A stretch of DNA of 46,199 nt, taken from the NCBI GenBank assembly GCA_051942205.1, contig JAVECO010000177.1, positions 1 through 46,199 on the forward strand, written 5' to 3'. The first letter of the stretch is position 1. Each line of letters opens with the position of its first letter. Shown in pieces: positions 23,574 through 34,366 of the stretch. Position numbers and translations under genes: made by a program. The notes under the pieces are model-generated. The model had not been told where the DNA came from, searched no databases, and saw only the letters and a list, made by a program, of their open reading frames with translations. Source of the DNA: Coniocarpon cinnabarinum. Lineage: Eukaryota.

Positions 23574-24580
23574 CTATGTGGCAGTGGTTCTCTCCGTCTT
23601 CCGATTGAAAAATCGACTCGTATCGCCCATTGGGAAAGAGAAAAACATGGCTTCCTGGCACATTAGGTTTCCGACAGTGTAGTATCCAAGCAGTCCAGAG
23701 ACAAAGGCAAACGCCCCGGCTGTCTTCTTGAGTGCTGTTCCGCTATTCATGTTACCGTCTGCCAATGCAAAGTAAGATGCTGCAACGAGCGTGAATGCCA
23801 TCTCAACTGTGAAGAAGATGCCGATGTAAACAATGTTCCTTGAATTCAGTCAGCATGCTTGACTGGCGATAGGAAAGGGGCGATCTAATTGACAATGGTA
23901 AAGATCCTATTAGGAAGAATACATTCCACACTGCCCACACTATTGTTGTCAGTAAAGAATTAATTTTTCGTTGCATTTGACTTACTGAGGACCCAGAAAC
24001 CAATTGCATTGTTATATCCAGCAGTATCAGTCCCGTAAGAATCTTGTACTCCAAATAGAGGTGTTATAATAGCACCGAATCCGCCGTAGAAAAAGCCAAA
24101 TGCCGAAAGAACCGTGTATGCGTACGTATTACCAAGGACAAGTTCCCATTGAGCTGTTACAACCATGCCGATACCTCAGGATCAATGTCAGTATATTTAC
24201 CGTAGTGGATGTCGTAATACATATTCGATACCTGCAACGAAGAAGAAGTTTCCAATAAAGACATTGCTAATAGTCACGCCTCTCCATTCCATCAAGGCGA
24301 ATCCCAGCGTAGTCAATGTCGTCGCGAAAGCTCCAATACCCAGAGCCGTCTTTCTCAATGTCAATTTCGAAGAACAGTCGGGTAGTCATCATGCAGCAGA
24401 ACGTACTGGACTTCCCAGTTGAGCTTTTAATGTCACAGGGACTGGCACAAGATGCTCTCTGCCACTGGGGGAAGAAGCAGAACTCAATTCTCCTTTGGTC
24501 AGCTTGCCATATCTGTTTGCGTGTCGTGGATCATTGTTGGCAATGTCTTCTAGCTGATGTATGCGATTTATGTGAGCCAT
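23574..24580 (-). CDS. GPR1/FUN34/YaaH (SatP/Ady2/AlcS-like) small-carboxylate channel, 5 exons
   Basis: LGSP|TALGIGAF (variant of NPAPLG), QWELVLGNT, FGFFYGGFG, AGAFAFVSGLLGYY; introns 24406-24350, 24231-24175, 23985-23940, 23893-23839. Confidence 0.87.
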
Positions 24581-25031
24581 AATGTCTTGATGTGGTTCTG
24601 ATAGAGCAACGCGATATGCGCAAAAGTCCAAAGTACGGCGAGCAGGACAGCCTTTGAAAGACTTCAAACAGTACTGTAGTCATGTTCCTAAGTACCATTT
24701 CTGCTCCCATGATCACGCAATACTGTAACGGGCGAGTTAGCTGCATCGGAGAATCAAGCTTCTAGGCCCAAAATTAGCGCATCAAAGCAATCACGCCTTC
24801 TAGATACCACCTGGCACAATCCATGCATATCTTCGCTTTTCATCACCCGATGACCTGGTTAGCATGGAGCATGTACTCCACCATGTCCAAACAAGGATAA
24901 TGCGCAGGCAGTTTAAGCTTAGTACAAGTGAGATTGCATCTGAAGCGTTAGCTGAAACTCGTCATAACAGCTTCGTGAACGAGATATAGCTTCTCAGCTA
25001 CACATCAAGCTGCACTTTGGCAGCAAGCAAA

Positions 25032-27823
25032 ATGCCTTCGAGATTGGATGCAGCAAACGGCACTTTGGAATCCCAAACAAATGTCAAAACGAACGGATAC
25101 CCACCGAGCAGCAATGGCCAGATACATTCATCCTATAGTGAGGATACCTTTCAGCATCTTCCAAAGCAACAGCAGGATGTGCTAGTGTTGCATGGACCAA
25201 GGCAGAAGTACACTCTACAGGCCACGGGCGAGGTGCCAGACTTGAGAACGGAACGGGAAATATTGATACAAGTTCGTGAATGATTTCCAGACAGAGTGAC
25301 CGTGCTGACCGGAACAGGTTGTCTCAGTGGGGCTAAACCCTGTAGATTGGAAGGGGCCGTAGGCATGTCCTTCGAGCGTCGACTGCGATCTTACTTAACT
25401 TGAACCAGTGACTACAACTTCGGTCTGCCCTCTTTCCCATGGATTAATGGGCGCGATTTTGCGGGTATTGTTGTCAAGACCGGCAATGCCGCTTCGAGGG
25501 TAAAGATTGGCGACGTGGTACGGCTGTCGGTTCGCTCGACGATGCAACAGTCGCTGACGCATCAAAGGTGTTTGGTCCCTCAACAGACTATCGCGATGTT
25601 CGCAAAGCTGCATATCAAGAGTATCTTGTAACCACAGACTTTAATGTTGCCCGACTTCCCGCAAGTTTGTCCGTCAACGTCGCAGCAGCTCTTGGAGTTG
25701 CTTTCGTAAGCGCCTTCATAGCGTTGGGCGTTTCGCTAGGCTTCAATTTTGCCAGAATTGAGAACGACCACCAAGGTCCAGACCTGTTCAGTCTGCTTCA
25801 GAAAGTGAATTCAGATGAGGTACCCGAAGACGTCCAAGAAGAGACCTTCACAGGCATCAGAGCCGATGAACGCCCCAAACGAGGGGATTGGTTCGCGATC
25901 TGGGGAGGTGCGTGCCCACATGCATAGGCATGTACGGATGCTAACACGAACAGCCTCCTCAAACACTGGCTTGATCGCAGTTCAGTTGGCAAAATTCGCA
26001 GGTTTGCGAGTCGTTGCAGTGGCAGATGCCGCGCGTCACGGCGCGAAGCTTTACAGTCTAGGAACTGATATCCTCGTTGACCGACACGACCCATTCCGAG
26101 CCATTGAAATCATTCGGAGCGTGACAAACGGCCATCTACGCTTCGCCCTTGATACGGTAGGCAAGGAGACTGCAGCGCACCTCCAGGAAAGCCTTCAGCA
26201 GTCAACCACAGGCGCAGAAGCACATATTGTTGGACTGACGGGATTGCCGAAATCAGGACTCCCTGGCATCAAATACCACAGTGTTCCCATCAAGCTTTTC
26301 CATAAAGTCCCAGCTATTGGAGAGTCCGCCATGGACTGGCTGGAACAGCTCCTGGTTCAAGAGAGCTTGCAACCTCCAGAGGTCGACACCGTAGAGGGAG
26401 GTCTAGAAGGTATCAATGGCGCGCTTGACAGGCTTAGAAGCGGTGCCATGTCTAGCAAGCGTCTCGTGGTTCCTATTGAAGGCAACAAGTCTCAAGAATC
26501 CCTAAAGAACGGACTAACAAATGGCGTCGTCAAACCCAGAGACCCGAAAGATACCCTTGAATACGCCGACAACCTCAACGCAGATCCATCACGTATCAAA
26601 TTTGCGTAAGTATGCCCTGTCATCAGACAATGGACATGCTTACGAGTCCATGAATAGGTACTGGGTACCTAACGTCTCTGGTGGCTTAGTGATATCCAAA
26701 ATACCTCAGAGGACAAGCTGGGACCTTGATGCAAATGCTCGCTACGCACAAACTGCAGAACATCAGGGTTTCGAGTACGCTCTGACTCAGATTAGGTTCA
26801 TGGCCGGGTACGGTGCAGTAAGTATAGAAAATGTTTTGCGTCATGCTGTAGCTAAAAGCGCTACAGGAGAATCAACATGAGTCTGTGTCCTTCTCACAGG
26901 CGTTGCTGCATCACACCGAGCGACTAAAAGTCATGGCAGCCCTCCTTCCGGGGCCCTGGAATCCAGCAGTGGCGGCGAAACAAATCGCTAGTATAGACAA
27001 CTACAGCAAAGGTCGGATCGCTGTCAACGTGGTTTCAGGATGGTTCAAACTCGAGTTCACCTCAATTGGGCAATGGTGGCTAGACCACAGCGAAAGGTAC
27101 CGTCGTTCCCGCGAATTTATCAGTTGCTTGAAGGGCATCTGGACTCAAGACGTCTTCAACTTCAAGGGAGACTTTTACCAATTCCACGACTACCCGCTGA
27201 AGCCAAAGCCGGTGTCAAGCCCAGGCAGAACACATCCTGAGATATTCCAAGGAGGAAATTCGAATGATGCGCGAGAAAATGCGGCAGCGGTGTCAGACTA
27301 CTATTTCATGAACGGCAATACCCTCGACGGATTTCGAACTCAGATCAAGGACGTCAAAGAACGCGCTAAGCAGCACGGCCGTGAAGGCGAGGTTCAATTC
27401 GCAGTGAACGCATTTGTGATTGCTCGAGAGACAGAAGCAGCAGCTGTCCGCGTCTTACAAGAGATACAGGGCAAAGCCGACAAAGATGCCGTGGATGCAT
27501 TCGCCGAGCAAGTGCAGAACGCGGGCGCCTCAACCTCGAACAAGACAGGCATGTGGGCCAGTTCAAAATTCAATGACCTCGTGCAATACAACGACGGGTT
27601 CAAGACCAAGCTCATTGGCACCCCTCAGCAAATCGCGGACCGCATTCTGCTCATAAAATCGCTGGGGGTGCAGGTGCTCTTGGTGGCGTTTCTGCATTAT
27701 GAGGATGATGTCAAGCATTTCGGCGAGCAAGTCCTTGCGCTTGTCAGGAAATTGGAGGCGGAGGGTCGAGGCAAAGATGAAGCCTACGAGATCAGTCTCA
27801 CAGGTGATGTGTACAGAGAATAA
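25032..27823 (+). CDS. Fusion protein: N-terminal Zn-independent MDR oxidoreductase + C-terminal SfnG-like luciferase-fold (dimethylsulfone-type) monooxygenase, 7 exons, ~832 aa
   Basis: Exons 25032-25271, 25318-25358, 25409-25517, 25568-25907, 25954-26605, 26658-26817, 26867-27823 join in one frame; MDR motifs GLNPVDWK, GRDFAG, IWGASSNTG; SfnG-like IKFAYWVPNVSGGLV, GFEYALTQIRF.AGYGA..QHES, DLVQYNDGFKT.LIGTPQQIA. Confidence 0.88.
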
Positions 27824-28653
27824 TCTGGTGAGGATCAGGTCAAAGCTGGCGACACCTTGCACACCGGGACCTCGAAGCAGGTATTGTGTCGTTGACCACG
27901 AATTGACATATACTATGCATAACGTTATGTTGTACATGCACAGCAATCAATTCATCTTTCAAATCTCGTGCTACTAATAATGCGTGCGGCTCAACTGTTC
28001 AATCCAACAGCATCTCAGCGGTTGTAAACACGGCATCATTTTTGAGATTTGTCAAGACCTTGATGTGTACTCAGCTGATACACATATCTTTCTCGTCAGA
28101 ACGTGGAAGCTGCTCGGTTGATGTAAAATGTAAAAGCATAATCAAACAATACGGATTTAAAGGTTAAGGAGAGCCCTCGGGTCCAAAAGCGTCCAAGTTA
28201 CTGCACGTAATAATAGACCGCAAATATTTTCGATTAACATGCAGAAATCTTGCATGGCTGGCGTGGACAAAGGAAAATCGTCACTACAGTAGGCAAAACC
28301 TACGCGCGGAAACCCGAGAAGATTATTGCGACTAGCTAGATCGCGCGTGCAATCGCTGCAGAGCATCTCATCTGTGACCATACGTGAAGTTTGCTAGTGT
28401 GATGCCTGATGCGTCGAAACGTTACTTTTCGGTTAGTCTCAACATTTAGGACGGCTCTTAACGTTGCACATAAAATAGGCTCAATGCACAAGGTACTGTC
28501 AGCCATGCTGATCTAAGTGTAAGAGGAAAACGGCTCAGCACTTTCTGGACGCCTCAGTGTGTCCTACATTCGACGGCGATGGTTGCAGAAGAATCAGTGT
28601 ATTTCATGAAGAGTTTAGCTTCGATTGGCTGGTGACACCTCATCCAAACCTTT

Positions 28654-31343
28654 CTAGACAAGAAGCCATTCCTTTTGGTGTAAGGCGTGGACTGTGGGAA
28701 CTGGATCCCACTCACGAGTACGCTCTAGGTAATCCTGCAGGGAGGTTGTGAACACTCCGGGATGTCGGTTGGAGGATAATAAGCCTTGCGCCACAACGTG
28801 CCCTCGTTGCGTGGATGAGCCGATAATAGGCTCCATTGAGCACACACATACGATTGATAAGTCAGGTTCATCATCATCAAGTGCGCCGAGGATCATTCCT
28901 AACTCGCAACCCTCTTCATGTATCTGGCGGAGAGCGAGTTCGTCCAATATAACCGCGTGATAGATTGCGCCGTTAGCGAATTGAACGAGCATCTGATTTA
29001 CCTGCTTGTACACTGCAGAGCGCCATTCATTTGACAACCTCAGCCCTCCCGAGGGTACAAAGAGGCCATCTTCACGTGGAAACACATCTGGAGAAGAATC
29101 TGTGTAGTGTAGAGGGGGGTTGCCAAAATGATATGTTGTGTTAGATTGCACGAAAGTCCTCGGCACCCAGCTGCTACCAAATTCAGTCATTCGAGGCCCA
29201 GTAAAAAAAAGAAAATCATGTGGCAGTGTGCCCATCTCGATAAAGAGCTTTTTCATACGTCTCTCAGGCGCTGTATGGACTATCTTCGCCAGATCAAGAT
29301 TTAGGAGTGAAGCAAGGCATATCGCTTCGTCGCCAGCATGGCTTGTGCGGCGTCGTGATAGCATCGGTGACACTTCTCTCAAACATGAGAACGGGTCAGA
29401 ATCTTTGAGCTTCGTGGGGGGCCCAACAACGGACTTTAAAAGCACGTGGGCTTGCGATCGTTGCTCGCGTGTGTAAAAGTCAATCAACCGTGCCAGCACG
29501 CGCGAGAACGAAATTGATCTTCCGGACCTTACCCATGTTTCATCGGAAATCCACTGCTGAGCAATGACACTGGTGAGCAGCGCTGCGAATGCATTCCGTA
29601 CTTCGTGCAGGTTCTTGGCGCCTTCTAGAGCTGAAGGTGGTATTCTAAGCGAGTTTCGATCTTTCGGCGATTCCTCAACGCAAAAACTTGGGCGGAAATG
29701 TCCCTGAAGACATGCTCAGTACTATAAACACACCACAGAGTCCGTGCTGACATCGCTTCGTGAAGAGTCCATAACCTTGAGGACCATTTGCAGTCAGAAG
29801 TAATACAGCACGTTTGCTCAGGGCCTTCGAGAGAGGATTGCGCCATTAGCCATGAATCAACGAGTACCATGCTTGCTTCTTCATAAATTCGACGCATAGC
29901 TGCAATCATTTTCTTTCGTGCTGGCTCGGGCTTCACAGGAACACACATTGTGTCAATCCAGAAAGGTATTGGGGTCTCCACGCTTTCTGAACGTCTTGGC
30001 GCAAGACTTGTGGAATTTGAGCTCCAACCAGAGCTTGCCTCGTGATACGCGTGGCTCACCGTTGACTGCAGGAAACGGAGAGTGCAAGTAGGTAATGCGT
30101 TTTCCTTTGGATTTCCCATGCCGTCAGACCAGACGTGAGAGATGGCAACATAATCTGATTGCGCCAGATCTCTTGTAACAAGCTCGCCTTCAGCATACAT
30201 ATGTGCTACAAGGCCATCGCTGCCCGCAGCAGAACTATCTTCAGGACTTGCATTACGTGCATCACGAGCGCGCAGCAAGCTGCAGCCGCTGCATCCCGGG
30301 CGATGAGATTGTCTATATTTTTCTGCGTGGAGCTGGTCGATATCACAGGATGAAGTTGTGCAATTATCGTGTTCAGCCGGCGAACGACGTCGCGCCTGCT
30401 GCAGCCTAGTTAAAGCGGATGCAATCCCGCCCGTCCTAGCTTGGATGTGCTGTATTTCATAGGGGCACCAGCCTGCCTGACGTAATAGTTGGTGAACGAA
30501 AATCCGATCCTTCTGCCATCTGAGTTCGAAGGGAGAGAGCATGATGTCTTTGCGAGAATCAACTGCCAGCCACCCGCCCAAGTGTGGCACGTCATCTTTG
30601 ATCCTATACCGCGAAAAGACCGACGGCAAAGCATCGTTGAGAGTTTCAACCAGGAGCCCAATTGACAGCCGTACCATGTTCGCTCTTGGGTAGCTGGCCG
30701 AGAACGGGTCGGCGACGAGCGCCTTTTCATTCAGGGTACCGTTGTGAGTGCTGCTGAGAGCATTCTCGTCTAGCTCATTCCAAAGCACAAACTGCTCTTC
30801 AACTTTTGTTATAGTTGCATGCACGTCCTTTAAAATTTGAACGCAACACTCTTGATGAGCTTTGACAATTTGTGCAGATTTCCCATCCTCGCAGACGTGC
30901 CAGTGGCAGAGATAGCGCTTGAGTTCAGTGGTGTCTACTCTCTGCCTTCCCTCACCTGCTGGGCAGAGGAAATCCGCTTGATGATAGGGATAACCACAGA
31001 CCGTGAAGACCGATTCAATGGTATCGAAAAATAATCGTTGCTGAATCACTGATATCAAGAGCTCGTTACGCACCTGGACGTCCATTTCCGTGCCACCTAA
31101 TGCCGCGAAGCTAACAAGACTTTCAAGAAGCTTGTCAGTTCCATACAGACCTCTTTCGATGCGCGCTGCAGCACTGCCATTGTCCTTTGGTATGCTACAA
31201 GTCGTGAGAAAGCGTCGGATCCAAGACCACAGCCCTTGCGTGTCAGGGCCAGAGAGGCCTCTTTCGACGCGATTACGAATAGACCAGGGGAAGTAGGGGA
31301 CGATTACAGGGACAGCTCGAATCTCGAATGGGAGATGATCCAT
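28654..31343 (-). CDS. HET-domain (heterokaryon-incompatibility family) protein, frame split at ~29625-29722 (weak intron or frameshift)
   Basis: AGWCP, HxxCxxxxC, YVAISHVWSDGMGN, FWIDTMCVP, MRRIY, WSSRLWTLHEA; downstream ORF carries RRTSHAGDEAICLASLL and SWVP. Confidence 0.8.
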
Positions 31344-31917
31344 GACTAAAACTCATTGCTTTTGCAGGCATAGAGGGCCGGTGCTGGAGAAGCCTCCACT
31401 CAGGAATCCTGGCGGTGAGGCGACTCATCACTAGCTGACCTCGTGAGACAATGGAGGCCCGCAGCGCCGTCCGTGAATGTTTTGGAGAAGCTCGTGCGGC
31501 AGTTTGTAGTATTCGAAGATCGTAAAGTTGTGCATGTAAAAGCATTTGGTCAGGCATCCTGGATGCCCTCAGGATCCATGGGGCTAAGCAGTCGAATAGT
31601 AAGGACGCGTGGGGACGCTGGGCCGCTTGGCACTTTTCCACTTTTCGATAGTGCATGTCTTTCGGGACGTTGACGTATAAGCGACAAGTATCTGTTCGCG
31701 CCGGACAAATAGCGGAGGCAGTCAAGCAATAGTAACGCAGGGAAAGCCCCAATTGGAGAAGAGGTATCGATGTATAAGAGGGCGTCGTGTCGTCACCACG
31801 CTCCGTGTTGGAACAGTCGTGGGGGGATGCAAAACTTCCCAAACAGGCGATATCGGACGGGCCAGGCTCGGACATCGCCCAGGCCACCTGTTGCCGAACA
31901 AATCTCTTTCTTTCCTG

Positions 31918-31943
31918 CTTCTTCTACTTCTTCTACTTCTTCC
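31918..31943 (+). repeat. Pyrimidine-rich microsatellite (CTTCTTCTA)n
   Basis: cttcttctacttcttctacttcttcc in the eIF5 upstream region. Confidence 0.6.
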
Positions 31944-32222
31944 TGCTCCTTCCTGCTGCCCAACCAATTCTCCTCCACCTCCACTGCTGCCATCGTCCTG
32001 CGATCAGCACTTGCGCTTCCTCAACTAACGCCCCGCGCTGGTTGCCACTTTCCACAGCCTCTTCGCCTGCGCATCGCTGTGTGTCGGGCTCGACACTCTC
32101 CCCATCAGCTTCACCTACTACTTGGCACGACCTCGCCGCCTCCTACGTTGGTGCCCGGAGCAGGTCCAAGAGTCTCTTCTTCCATCTCCCAAACAGCAGC
32201 TCGTCCACCGACTCTGCTGTTT

Positions 32223-32478
32223 ATGTATTCGTCCTCAGACCTTCCTCTCCGTCAATCCAGACCTCCAAAACTGGACGCCTTTCGCAGAACCTCTGACGAC
32301 CCTTGTCGGAGTCGACACCATCCCAACAGCTAGATGTTACATTTATGACTGCGCACTTTTTGCGTTACCTTTCTCCTACCTTTGAACCCTTTTCAGGCAT
32401 GATCACTGCATGAACGGCGACCTCTTTGATACTTGGTCCCCAGATTACTCGTCACTTTTAGTCCAAAAGCACATCTAG
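32223..32478 (+). promoter_or_regulatory. Poor-context upstream AUGs/uORFs in the eIF5 leader
   Basis: tttATGt (32223), tttATGa (32345), tgcATGa (32410, uORF ending TAG 32478), ggcATGa (32399); main start is aaaATGg (32537). Confidence 0.55.
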
Positions 32479-32536
32479 CACTGTCTTCAGACTACACTTT
32501 GTTGAAGAACACCGAAGCGCGGTCACATCAGTCAAA

Positions 32537-33946
32537 ATGGTCGCAGCAATCAACATCCGTCGCGTATGTCGATATTGTACCTGAGTGTGTTTTTTCCACG
32601 CTAACAGCCTGTCCAGGATGAGAAGGACCCCTTCTATCGCTACAAGATGGAGCCCCTCAAGTCCAAGATCGAGGGCAAAGGCAATGGCATCAAGACCGTC
32701 ATTGTCAACTTGAGCAGCGTTGCTCAGAGCTTGGGTCGCCCTCCGTCCTGTGTGTCCCTTTGGCGGTGTTGTCCGTACTCGAATCTTGACTGACGATGTT
32801 CTAGACCTGATCAAATATTTTGGCTTTGAACTCGGAGCTCAGACAAACCTCGATCCACCAGACGACCGCTGGATCGTCAACGGCGCTCACGATGCCGGCA
32901 AGCTTCAAGACCACCTGGATGGCTTCATCAACAAATTCGTGCTTTGCCGATCTTGCAAGAACCCAGAAACCGTCGTTCAAATTAAAAACAATGACATCAA
33001 CCTCGACTGCAAAGCTTGCGGCGAGCATACTCACGTCGACCCACGCCTTAAGTTGTCGTCCTTTATTATCAAGCACCAGCCCAAGAAAGGCAAGAAGGAC
33101 AAGTCTACCAAGAAAGCCGAGCGCAAGGCTCGGAAACAGGCTCAAGCGAACGGGCAAGGCAATGGGGACGGGGCTTCCGATGAAGGCTCCAATGAAGGCA
33201 ACAGTGGCGAGAACTCAGAGCAAGGCGACCTTGACGGCGAGGTCGAGATGGGCGCAGGCTCTGACGACGAGCTGACGCGTCGCATCAATGCTGAAGCCAA
33301 AGACCTTGGCAATGGCAACGGCACTAACGACAAGGAAATCCAGTGGTCTGTCGACACCTCTGAGGCTGCCATGAAGAAACGTGCTCAGCAGCTGCCTGAT
33401 GACCTTAAGAAGTCACTCGTAGTCAATGGCGATGACGACCCTGAAGGCGACGATGCTGACAGTCCCTACGGCAAACTCGGCGACTGGCTCGAAGAACAAA
33501 CCAAGGCCAAGGGAGATGTGACCAAGGTCGACGATGTCGACGTGTTCCTCAAAGCCCAGGAGTTAGGCATCGAGAAAAAGGCTAAGACTCTGACGGTTTT
33601 GGCACAGTCGCTTTTCGATGACAACATCGTCAAGCAAATCGACGCCCGCGCCGGCATGCTCAAGCGTATGGTTGACGGCAAGGAAAAGAACGAAAAGGCT
33701 CTGCTCGGTGGCACTGAGCGTTTCCTCGGGGAGACCAAGCCCAATTTGATTCCATCAGTCAGCACTGTGCTGATGAAGTACTACCAGCACGACATTTGCT
33801 CGGAGGAGACGCTCAAAGCCTGGGGCACCCGAGCCAGCAAGCGCTACGTTGACCTTCAGACCAGCAAGAAGGTCCGCAAGAGCGCCGAGAAATTCATGCA
33901 GTGGCTTGAGGAGGCCGATGAAGAGGAAGACAGTGACTCGGAATGA
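32537..33946 (+). CDS. TIF5: Translation initiation factor eIF5, 3 exons (32537-32563, 32617-32749, 32805-33946)
   Basis: [46 protein letters not shown], Zn ribbon [15 protein letters not shown]2 domain [11 protein letters not shown]. Confidence 0.97.
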
Positions 33947-34366
33947 GCTGCTAACGGGGCAAAGCCATCCTATTCGTTTGTTCCGAGTTCACTATCTGAT
34001 TGCCCGTGCAATTGATTGTCGTCCACCCGCATAGCGGGATTTGTCATGAAGATGGCGGGTTGTTTCATGTCTCTGCTCTGTCTCACTGTCGTTACCGAAA
34101 AACACTCCACTTGATAGTATGAATCGCATTCAGCTTATCCACTCTATACTGATGATCTCAGCGCCGTCTATCCGTTTGTTCTGTGACTCAGCCTTTGGCC
34201 TACACGAGAGGGATTTCCTTTCCAAAATGGTGGTAGTCTGTATTTTCAGGCTAACATCCAACCCCAACTGTTCCAGTCGACGTTGCCATGCCACATTCCC
34301 GATTACTATAACTCTCGTGTGTATCACTTCACCACCAACGTGACAGACCCACCTCCAACGCAGATT

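Noticed and set aside
31273..32385. Several overlapping 150-200 aa ORFs between the HET gene and eIF5
   Set aside because: Low-complexity pyrimidine-rich promoter/leader sequence; no protein-like signal
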